64,000 nucleotides of DNA. It comes from Gemmatimonadaceae bacterium. GTDB lineage: Bacteria; Gemmatimonadota; Gemmatimonadetes; Gemmatimonadales; Gemmatimonadaceae. How positions within the stretch are numbered: position 1 is the first letter of the stretch; each line of letters begins with the position of its first letter. The notes beneath the pieces were generated by a model, which was given only the letters and a program-made list of their open reading frames with translations, made no database searches and was not told where the DNA came from. The position numbers and the translations under genes are program-made. This document shows positions 28,453-36,226 of the stretch, piece after piece. Location of the stretch: contig JBJMOW010000004.1 in assembly GCA_045803545.1 (NCBI GenBank), positions 1,024,001-1,088,000 of the forward strand. Reading direction: 5' to 3'.

Positions 28453-29469
28453 ATGAGCCACGAAATCGTCGATATCACCATCATCGGCGGCGGTCCAACC
28501 GGGCTGTTCGCCGCTTTTTATGCCGGGATGCGGGGAGCGACGTCGCAAATCGTCGACGCGCTCCCACAGCTCGGCGGACAGCTGGCCGCGCTGTACCCGG
28601 AGAAGTACATCTTCGACGTCGGCGGATTCTCCAAGATTCTCGCCAAGGATCTGGTCAACACGCTGGTCGAGCAGGCGGCGCAATTCCGGTTCAAGTCGCA
28701 CCTCAACCAGAACGTCGTGGCGCTCGAGCAGAATGGGGATCACTTCTTCCTTGTTACTGAGACGGACCGTTTTCCGACCCGCGCCATTGTCATAGCGGCG
28801 GGAATCGGCGCGTTTTCTCCACGCCGGCTTCCGCAGCAGTGCGCGGAGCCCTGGTACGGTCGCGGGATTTTCGATCGCGTGGCCAATCCGGAGGAATTCC
28901 GCGGCCAGCGCATCGTCATCATCGGCGGCGGTGACTCAGCCTTCGATTGGGCGCAGCAGCTGCGAGATCGCGCGCGGGCGGTGACGCTCGTCCACCGGAG
29001 TGACAAGTATCGCGCGCACGGCGCGACAATCGCCGATGTGGTGGCCGCGGCCGGTGAAGGCCGTACGACCTTGCTGCCATTTCACGAGCTGCACGATGTA
29101 CTGTCGGAGGATGACCGACTTACCGGGGTGACACTGCGCGATGTGAAAGCGAAGACGACCCGCGATATCGAGGCGGACGCCATTCTGCCGATGCTGGGAT
29201 TTCACAGCGACATCGGTGCGCTCGGAGAGTGGGGACTGAACTGCGAGAACGACGAGATCATCGTCAACAGCATGATGGAGACAGGGCGGGCAGGTATTTA
29301 CGCCGCTGGAGACATCACCACCTATCCGGGCAAGCTAAAGCTGATCGCAACCGGATTCGGGGAAGCGGCGACGGCGGTCAATCAGGCCGTGCACTGGATC
29401 TACCCGGACAAGAAAGTGAATCCCGGGCACAGCTCCAACATGGCGATTTTCGGCCAGAAGGACGATTAG
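28453..29469 (+). CDS. Thioredoxin-reductase-type ferredoxin-NADP(+) reductase
   Basis: GGGPTG, GGQLAALYPEK, GGGDSA and GIYAAGD motifs, no CxxC, C-terminal PGHSS. Confidence 0.85.
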   Translation: MSHEIVDITIIGGGPTGLFAAFYAGMRGATSQIVDALPQLGGQLAALYPEKYIFDVGGFSKILAKDLVNTLVEQAAQFRFKSHLNQNVVALEQNGDHFFLVTETDRFPTRAIVIAAGIGAFSPRRLPQQCAEPWYGRGIFDRVANPEEFRGQRIVIIGGGDSAFDWAQQLRDRARAVTLVHRSDKYRAHGATIADVVAAAGEGRTTLLPFHELHDVLSEDDRLTGVTLRDVKAKTTRDIEADAILPMLGFHSDIGALGEWGLNCENDEIIVNSMMETGRAGIYAAGDITTYPGKLKLIATGFGEAATAVNQAVHWIYPDKKVNPGHSSNMAIFGQKDD

Positions 29470-30023
29470 TTCGGCTCGTCGAGTCGGGTGCGGCTCAGGG
29501 CTGGTGCCGGAGTGGGCGAACCCGGAATAGCTGTGAGGGCATGTTCGTCGCGACCGGCGCGAATGCAAAGGATCCAGGTCAACATCGCAGTGCCTAAAGT
29601 GACGGCGAGGTCCGCGAGGTTGAACGTCCAGAAGCGGTGCGATTGGATGCCGATATCGATGAAGTCCACGACACCGCGCGGGGACTTGATGCGGTCGAGC
29701 AGATTCCCGACCGCGCCGCCGCAGATGAGCGCAATCGAGGCGATCTGCAGCCGATCATCCCGCGGAGTTTGCCGGTACATATAAAGAAGCACGAGCAGCG
29801 TTCCGATGGAGAGCAGCACGAACCACCAGCGGGACGATGGTCCGAGCGAGAAGCTCATCGCGCCCTCGGGGTTATAAGCGAGGGTGAAACGGAGGATATC
29901 GTCAACGATGTTGTGCGGTACGTACGCGGGCGACAGCCGGTTCACCGCGAGCTTTTTGCTGACGAGGTCGACCAGAACCGTCATCAGAAAAATCGTCCAG
30001 AATTTATTGGCTCTTTGCGGCAT
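29466..30023 (-). CDS. lspA: Lipoprotein signal peptidase II
   Basis: YNPEGAMS, GGAVGNLLDR, VVDFI and FNLAD motifs. Confidence 0.9.
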   Translation of the reverse strand: MPQRANKFWTIFLMTVLVDLVSKKLAVNRLSPAYVPHNIVDDILRFTLAYNPEGAMSFSLGPSSRWWFVLLSIGTLLVLLYMYRQTPRDDRLQIASIALICGGAVGNLLDRIKSPRGVVDFIDIGIQSHRFWTFNLADLAVTLGTAMLTWILCIRAGRDEHALTAIPGSPTPAPALSRTRLDEPN

Positions 30024-30133
30024 GAATCTCGTTAGGGTGTTCTGGCCTTACGGTTTTGAGCTTAATCGCGTTTCGCTGGAACAGGGACGACCAGCTGAAT
30101 CCGAAGTATTAGACAGCGCATTATAGATTCTAG

Positions 30134-30159
30134 CGGGAAGCGGGAAGCGGGAAGCGGGA
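30134..30159 (+). repeat. (CGGGAAG)n heptamer array; canonical G-quadruplex pattern
   Basis: GGG tracts at 30135, 30142, 30149 and 30156 with 4-nt loops. Confidence 0.85.
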
Positions 30160-30208
30160 TGGAGATTGAGGATTAGAGGATTGGGGATGACGCGAGAGGA
30201 CTGGCGAT

Positions 30209-31642
30209 CTGACTAAGAAACCAACGCATTACCACCTGATCGGGATCGCTGGTACGGCGATGGCGTCGCTGGCGGGGCTGCTGAAAGCCGCCGGACATAA
30301 AGTCACCGGGTCCGACGAGAACGTTTACCCGCCCATGTCAACCAACCTGGAGCGCATGGGGATCACCTACGCTCAGGGTTACAAGCCGGAGAACCTTTCA
30401 CCGGCGCCTGACATCGTCGTGGTCGGCAATGTCATCTCGCGCGGGAATCCGGAGCTGGAAGAGGTGCTGATCCGGAAGCTGCGTTACACGTCAGCGGCTG
30501 CCACGATCAAAGAAGAATTCATATGGGGTCATCACTGCCTGGCGGTGGCGGGGACGCATGGCAAAACGACCACGACTTCGTTGCTGGCGTGGCTGCTGGA
30601 GTCGGCCGGACTCAACCCGAGCTTTCTGATTGGCGGTGTAGCTGAGAACTTCGGCACATCCTATCGACTCACGGGCTCGCGTTACTTCGTTATTGAAGCC
30701 GACGAGTACGACACGGCGTACTTCGACAAGGGTCCGAAGATGTGGCACTACCTGCCGGACACCGCGATCGTCAACAACATCGAATACGATCACGCCGACA
30801 TCTATCGCGACGAGGAGGCGTACAAGTTCGCCTTCGCGCGCTTCATCAATCTCGTTCCGAAGAACGGCGTGGTGATCGCTGGCTGGGACTCGCCAATCGT
30901 GCGAGAGCTTGCTCCCAAATCGCCGGCGCCTGTGCAGTCTTTTGCGTATGGGGATGACACAGTGACGTCGCAGGATGCGCAAGCACATTGGCACGCGCGC
31001 GATGTCGAGTTCGACGAGAGCGGCACCCGGTTCCGCGCTTTCAAGTCGACGGAAGAGTGGGGAAGAGTCGAGACACCTCTCGCGGGCGCGTTCAACGTGC
31101 GCAACGCGCTGGCAGTCATAGCGGCCGCGGAATCAGTGAAAGCCGATCGCGATGGTGTGCGTCAGGGATTCAAGACCTTCGCGAGTGTGAAGCGACGGAT
31201 GGAAGTCCGTGGTGAAGTTCGCGGCGTGACAGTGATCGACGATTTCGCGCATCATCCGACAGCGATCCGGGAGACGATCGACGCGGTGCGACAGAAGTAC
31301 AAAGGGCGGCGAATCGTTGCCATCTACGAGCCGAGGAGCTACACCGCGCAGCGGCGGGAATTTCAGGACGACTATGCGCGCGCCTTCGCTGGTGCGGAGG
31401 AGATTATTTTCGCGTCGTTGTATCGGCCGGATCGGTACACGAAAGAGACTGCGCTGGATCTCGGAAAGCTCGTTCGGGATCTGAGCACTAACGGCAAAAC
31501 CGCAAAAGAGCTCAAGGATGCTGACACGATCGTGCGTGATCTTGCTCCGCGCGCACGTGAGCGTGATGTGGTGTTGATCATGTCGAATGGCGGATTTGGC
31601 GGGATCCACCAGAAACTTCTCGACGCGCTCGGAGCTCGCTGA
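30209..31642 (+). CDS. mpl: Murein peptide ligase (UDP-MurNAc:L-Ala-gamma-D-Glu-mDAP ligase), probable CTG start
   Basis: HLIGIAGTAM, GSDENVYPPMS, AGTHGKTTT, EADEYDTAYFDK, DDFAHHPTAI and MSNGGFGGIH motifs. GAGAGGA RBS 8 nt before CTG 30209. Confidence 0.9.
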   Translation: MTKKPTHYHLIGIAGTAMASLAGLLKAAGHKVTGSDENVYPPMSTNLERMGITYAQGYKPENLSPAPDIVVVGNVISRGNPELEEVLIRKLRYTSAAATIKEEFIWGHHCLAVAGTHGKTTTTSLLAWLLESAGLNPSFLIGGVAENFGTSYRLTGSRYFVIEADEYDTAYFDKGPKMWHYLPDTAIVNNIEYDHADIYRDEEAYKFAFARFINLVPKNGVVIAGWDSPIVRELAPKSPAPVQSFAYGDDTVTSQDAQAHWHARDVEFDESGTRFRAFKSTEEWGRVETPLAGAFNVRNALAVIAAAESVKADRDGVRQGFKTFASVKRRMEVRGEVRGVTVIDDFAHHPTAIRETIDAVRQKYKGRRIVAIYEPRSYTAQRREFQDDYARAFAGAEEIIFASLYRPDRYTKETALDLGKLVRDLSTNGKTAKELKDADTIVRDLAPRARERDVVLIMSNGGFGGIHQKLLDALGAR

Positions 31643-31645
31643 CGG

Positions 31646-32236
31646 CTACTCTGGGCTGATCTTTCGGCGCGGCACAATCGGGGTAAGGCGGGCTGATCCC
31701 GTTTTTGCGACGATTCCGAGTTTAAGAATGGTGTTCCAGTTCCGGCCGGTTCCCCGTCCCAGTCTCTTCTCGAGAACCGAGTGGGTGAGCTTCGATCGGC
31801 CCTGGCCGTCCGGGAAATAAATGTAGGCGTGCTTGCCCTTGGCGCGTACGACTTCGCGGCCGCGGATGTCGCCTTGCAGCGCGACGATGTCGGCCACGTC
31901 CGGCTCGCTCTTCAGGAACATCACTACGAGATGCCCCGAATCCTTCTCGGCTTCTTTGCGGAAAGGATTCTGGCGGATGATGGCCTTCCACTCATCCGGC
32001 GTCCGCACGATGAAATCGGCTTCGAGCGACAACCGATCGAGGGCTTCGCTCTCGAGAAAACGCTCGAGCTCGGAGCCAGTTCTAACCTTGCTCTCGAAGA
32101 CGAGGTTACCGCTCTGAAGCAGCGACCGGACGTTCTCCATGCCGAGCGCCGCCAGGAAATTTCGAAGATCGGTCATCCCGACCTGACGATGGCCGCCGAC
32201 GTTGATGCCGCGGACGAGAGCGATATGGGTTGTCAG
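31646..32236 (-). CDS. DUF1697 domain protein (probable CTG start at 32236)
   Basis: Signature IALVRGINVGG lies upstream of the first ATG. QSGNLVF and TGRNWNT are also present. Confidence 0.85.
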   Translation of the reverse strand: MTTHIALVRGINVGGHRQVGMTDLRNFLAALGMENVRSLLQSGNLVFESKVRTGSELERFLESEALDRLSLEADFIVRTPDEWKAIIRQNPFRKEAEKDSGHLVVMFLKSEPDVADIVALQGDIRGREVVRAKGKHAYIYFPDGQGRSKLTHSVLEKRLGRGTGRNWNTILKLGIVAKTGSARLTPIVPRRKISPE

Positions 32237-32289
32237 AACTGGCTACTGGTTTAAGAAGACAGGGGTCTGCTACTGAAAAATATCAGCCG

Positions 32290-32485
32290 GCGGGAGGCGG
32301 GAAGCGGGAAGCGGGAAGCGGGAAGCGAGAAGGAGGGCGCGAGAGGCGGGAGGCGAGAGGCGGGAGGAGGATGCATTCGCCTCGCCCTGTCTTCACCGCG
32401 CTTCGCTTCCCGCTTCCCGTTTCCCGCCCGCTTCCCGCTTCCCGCCTCCCGCTTCCCGCTTCCCGCTTCCCGCTTCCCGCTTCCC
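32290..32485. repeat. Head-to-head heptamer arrays, (GCGGGAA)n and (TTCCCGC)n, forming a long imperfect inverted repeat
   Basis: G-rich arm about 32290-32370 and C-rich arm about 32400-32485. Confidence 0.9.
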
Positions 32486-33712
32486 ACTCCTATATGGGCG
32501 CTCCCACTCGCGCAGATGATCCAGCAGGTAGTCGAGCGAGAAGACGTGCCGTGAGTTGTCGGCCTTGCGGCGGAAGATCACGCGTGACCAGCCGCGCATC
32601 CCCGTCGGGGTGTACCACTCGCCGTTCATGTGCAGCTTGTCGCCATTGATGGCGCGTATCAGTACGCGTTCGTACTGCGACCGCGGAAGCACGCGTTCGG
32701 GGAAAAGGTTGTCCCACGTGCAGAGGCGTCCGACGTCCTCGTACCCCGCCGGCCGATCGTCGAGATCCAGCAGTGATGGAGCGCGCCCTTTCATCACCGA
32801 GCCAATCAGCCTCAGGGTAAACGGGTCGGAGAAGCGGCGGATGTACGGCCAGAAGTGTTTCGTGATCCGACCGGCCATCTCGCGCAACGTCATGAAACGG
32901 CCGTCGGTCGTTGGCCATTTGTCGGTGTCAATGTCGCTGATGAACGGGTTTTCGGGATAGCAATCGAAACGGGCCAGCCATCCTTTGCGCGTCGTGTGCG
33001 GCATTGGACGGAATCCACGAATCACCGGAATGTCGGTGTCGTCAAGCGCGCTGATTTCGTAACTTGGCCACCGCATCACTTCCCGCACAATCCCGACGAT
33101 CAGGGTCGCTGTTGCAATCATGAGCGGTGCGTCGGGAGTGAAGTCGGCAGTGACCTCGATGCGATCGCCGCGCGGCCGCACCCCGATTCCCGTCGAACGC
33201 CGGTTCGCCGCGAGCAGCATCACCGGAATCGGCAGGATGTGCGCGAGCAGATAAGCCAACTGCTCGACGGTGCGCGTCGTCCCCTGCTCGTACTTCGGCA
33301 GCTCGAACGAGATGTTGTAGTGGGTGCTGAAGCCGGCGAGCTGGACGTCGGTGTCGTGTGCCTGCTCCCAGGCATCGAGCTCCTGACGCACGAACAGAAT
33401 CGCTTCCCATAGCGAGCGCCCGGCACGCGCGGCGCAGCCACGCTCGATCTCGATCACTGGCGTCGCCACTTCGATCACGCCCGTATCGAAATACACGGCA
33501 CCGCCAGTTGGCAGGTGATACGACCGTCCTTTGCGGTGCATCATCTTCTCGCGGATGATCCTGCGCGGGCTGCCGAAGAGATCCTCAGGCTTCACCTGCA
33601 CGCCGTCCTGGATCACCGCGAATTCGGCTTCCATGCCGATTGCGGCGAGCTGGATACGCTCGTGCGTGGATGATTTGTTCTCGGGACCTTTCTTTTTCTT
33701 CAGCTCGGTCAT
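32393..33712 (-). CDS. PafA/Dop (Pup-ligase)-like carboxylate-amine ligase, glutamine synthetase / gamma-glutamylcysteine ligase fold
   Basis: GMEAEF, LPTGGAVYFDTG-VIEVATP, GFSTHYN and RIEVTAD match PafA GIETEF, LRNGARLYLDVG..PEYAT, GCHENY and RLHVIVGD in order. The C-terminal tail is repeat-derived. Confidence 0.65.
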   Translation of the reverse strand: MTELKKKKGPENKSSTHERIQLAAIGMEAEFAVIQDGVQVKPEDLFGSPRRIIREKMMHRKGRSYHLPTGGAVYFDTGVIEVATPVIEIERGCAARAGRSLWEAILFVRQELDAWEQAHDTDVQLAGFSTHYNISFELPKYEQGTTRTVEQLAYLLAHILPIPVMLLAANRRSTGIGVRPRGDRIEVTADFTPDAPLMIATATLIVGIVREVMRWPSYEISALDDTDIPVIRGFRPMPHTTRKGWLARFDCYPENPFISDIDTDKWPTTDGRFMTLREMAGRITKHFWPYIRRFSDPFTLRLIGSVMKGRAPSLLDLDDRPAGYEDVGRLCTWDNLFPERVLPRSQYERVLIRAINGDKLHMNGEWYTPTGMRGWSRVIFRRKADNSRHVFSLDYLLDHLREWERPYRSGKREAGSGKREAGGGKREAGGKREAGSEAR

Positions 33713-33769
33713 TCTGCCTTCTTACCCAAAGTGCTTCACTCTTTCTGACTCTTTTTCGGGACGATTCCG

Positions 33770-34396
33770 TCAACTTTTAACGTCCCTCGGCACTGAGATG
33801 ACGTATCCCAGGTCGAGGTGTAGATGATCCTCCGCGTAGCCCGTAGGTGTTCCGTAGGGACGCGTCCAAACTCCAGGTAGCGTCTCCCGCGCGATCAGGC
33901 TGAAGCGCTCGATCGCACTTCGGTTGTCCAGGTAAGCGTCGCCAATGCGATAGATATTGGCGGCGGTTCCCCAGGCGTGCGGAGTCGCATTCTTGGAGAA
34001 CCGATGGGAAGGCGACCGATAGCCGCCATTCGCTGAAATGTGAACCAGCGTCCCAACAGCCTCCCGGAACCTCTCCAGACACACTGCAAGGAGGGTTATT
34101 GCGCACGGAACGTACCGGGGGAATGTGCGTAAAGGCGCGGCTTCCCGGACGTCGACCTGTATGAACTCCCAAAGCAGGAAGTGCGTGGAGAGCTCTACCT
34201 TCATCGCCGAGTCCCACGAGGGCACCTCGTAAAAATACCGGGGCAGCTGCCGGGAAAACCCGGTTCCGTCCTTCCATTCCTCCCCCGGTCTCAAGGCTTT
34301 ACGGTACTCAGGCGGCAGGGTCAGGCCGTCAACGACCCGAAGGGGGAAGTTGGGGGACTCATGTCTGGCCTCAGCGAAGCTCGACGGAGCGCTCAT
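33770..34396 (-). CDS. Peptidase M15-like (LAS / D-Ala-D-Ala peptidase fold) protein, no signal peptide
   Basis: HFLLWEF, LERFREAVG, GGYRSPSH, PHAWGTAANI and HLHLD motifs. Confidence 0.65.
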   Translation of the reverse strand: MSAPSSFAEARHESPNFPLRVVDGLTLPPEYRKALRPGEEWKDGTGFSRQLPRYFYEVPSWDSAMKVELSTHFLLWEFIQVDVREAAPLRTFPRYVPCAITLLAVCLERFREAVGTLVHISANGGYRSPSHRFSKNATPHAWGTAANIYRIGDAYLDNRSAIERFSLIARETLPGVWTRPYGTPTGYAEDHLHLDLGYVISVPRDVKS

Positions 34397-35295
34397 TCGT
34401 CGGGTGGGCCTTTGGTGAGGGCTTCATAGATAGCGTGTGAGATGGTGGCGATGGTCCGCGACCGACCCGATGTGTTCGGATCCCATTCCGTAAGAATCAC
34501 CAGCGCGTAAGGTTTGCGCTTGGGCAGGTAGATCACTCCGGCGTCGTGGGCGACGGTGGAAATCTCGCCGGTCTTGTGCGCAACCCGGGTGCCTTTGGGC
34601 AGGCGTGCCGGGATCCCCTGATTGAATTCCTGCCCGTGCATGATGTCCATCATCCGCCGAGACAAAGCCGGTGAGAAGGCTTTTCCCGCCGCCAGCATGA
34701 CGAGAATTCTGAGCAGCCCATTGGCGGTGACGCGGTTATTGATCCCTTTCTCGAACGCGAGCTCGTCCTCGACACCGCGTTTGAGGTCGATGCCTTGCTC
34801 GAGATGCAGCTCGTGCAGGGTCTCGTTGACCGACTGTGGTCCGATGACGCCGAGCACCAGGTTGGTGGCGAGATTGCTCGACGTCGTGATCATGTGGTAA
34901 GCGAGCTCGTCGACGCGCATCATCTTGCCGATGGCGTTGTGGACGGCTGAATTCGCGTCGCGGCCGGACTCGACGCGGAAAGGAATATCTTCGACGACGC
35001 TGAGGAACCGGTTGCGGACGTGGACGCGTGAGTGTGGCAACAAATCGCCCCGGTCAATGGCGGCGAAGACGCCGAGCAGGATCGGTACCTTGATGGTGCT
35101 GGCCGCGTGGAACCAGCGATCGTCGTGGTAATGCAGCTCGAAGCCAGTCTCGAAATCGTGCAGCGCGACGGCGATCGCCTTGGCGCCCGACTCCCTGGCG
35201 ATCTTTTCGATCTGGTTCTCGAGGGCGGACTCACTGGGCGCGGCGGCGCTCACACCGGCTGAATGTGCCGGAGATGTTGTTTCCTTGCTGGTCAT
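34393..35295 (-). CDS. Class A beta-lactamase-fold serine hydrolase, no signal peptide
   Basis: FHAASTIK (SxxK), SSN (SxN) and HKTG motifs. Confidence 0.85.
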   Translation of the reverse strand: MTSKETTSPAHSAGVSAAAPSESALENQIEKIARESGAKAIAVALHDFETGFELHYHDDRWFHAASTIKVPILLGVFAAIDRGDLLPHSRVHVRNRFLSVVEDIPFRVESGRDANSAVHNAIGKMMRVDELAYHMITTSSNLATNLVLGVIGPQSVNETLHELHLEQGIDLKRGVEDELAFEKGINNRVTANGLLRILVMLAAGKAFSPALSRRMMDIMHGQEFNQGIPARLPKGTRVAHKTGEISTVAHDAGVIYLPKRKPYALVILTEWDPNTSGRSRTIATISHAIYEALTKGPPDE

Positions 35296-35302
35296 CTACC
35301 GC

Positions 35303-36223
35303 TTATGAATACGCTACGCGCGGGTCGGCTTTGGCGTAGGCGAGATCGGTGAGGAGGTTCACCATCACAAACACAACGCTGAGAAAAAGCACCGAGCCCT
35401 GAATGGCGGGCAAGTCCCGTCGCGTGATGGCATTGACGACGTAGCGGCCAAGTCCGGGCCAGCTGAAGATCGTTTCGGTGAGAATGCTTCCCGTCAGGTA
35501 GTATCCGAAATCGAGACCGAGGACGGTGATGATCGGAATGAGTGCGTTGCGGAGTGCGTGGCGCACTATGACGGCGCGTTCCTTCAATCCTTTCGCGCGC
35601 GCGGTTCGCACAAAGTCTCCGCCGAGTACATCCAGCATCGCCGATCGGGTGACTCGCGCGAGGAACGCGATCGAGCGCGAGCCAAGCGCGAACGCAGGGA
35701 GAATCAGATACTTGATTCCGCCGTAGCCGGATGGCGGCAGCCAGCGCAGCATCACCGCGAAGATCAGAATCAGAATCAGCCCGACCCAATACACAGGGAA
35801 AGAGATTCCGAGATAGGCGATGCCGAGACCCAGTCGGTCGAACCAGCCACCTGGAGCCCGGGCACTGAGAACGCCGAGTGTAATACCGAGAATAGAAGCG
35901 AGCAGCATCGCCGATCCGGCGAGAAGCAGCGTTTTCGGGAATCGCTCGAGAATGTCGCGAATGATCGGGCGTTGTGTGATGTACGAGTTGCCCAGATTAC
36001 CGCGCACCACGCCGCCCGCGTACAGTGCGAACTGCTTGAGCCGGGGCTCGTCGAGGTGCAGATCTTTTCTCAAACGCGCGATCGTCGCCGAATCGGCGCG
36101 CTCGCCCACCATCTCGGTTACCGGATCACCCGGTGCGACATTGAGCAAAAGAAATGTCACTACCAGCACCCCGAACAGGGTCGGGATGGCGAGTAGAAGT
36201 CGGCGGACGATGAATGCGAGCAC
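35303..36223 (-). CDS. Peptide ABC transporter permease (DppB/OppB family)
   Basis: APGDP, GNLGNSY, TARAKGL...HALRNA and ETIFSWPGLG motifs. Confidence 0.9.
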   Translation of the reverse strand: MLAFIVRRLLLAIPTLFGVLVVTFLLLNVAPGDPVTEMVGERADSATIARLRKDLHLDEPRLKQFALYAGGVVRGNLGNSYITQRPIIRDILERFPKTLLLAGSAMLLASILGITLGVLSARAPGGWFDRLGLGIAYLGISFPVYWVGLILILIFAVMLRWLPPSGYGGIKYLILPAFALGSRSIAFLARVTRSAMLDVLGGDFVRTARAKGLKERAVIVRHALRNALIPIITVLGLDFGYYLTGSILTETIFSWPGLGRYVVNAITRRDLPAIQGSVLFLSVVFVMVNLLTDLAYAKADPRVAYS

Positions 36224-36226
36224 GCC

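Noticed and set aside
32230..32649. ORFs made of GKREAGS / LPASRFP repeats
   Set aside because: They are translations of the heptamer arrays with no independent evidence of coding.
33585..33773. 62-aa ORF between the M15-like gene and the ligase as a Pup/UBact analogue
   Set aside because: It mostly overlaps the ligase in another frame, is Arg-rich like a shadow ORF, and ends AGEA rather than GG[EQ].
34393..35295. Bona fide antibiotic-resistance beta-lactamase
   Set aside because: No signal peptide, a non-canonical omega loop and a metabolic operon context.
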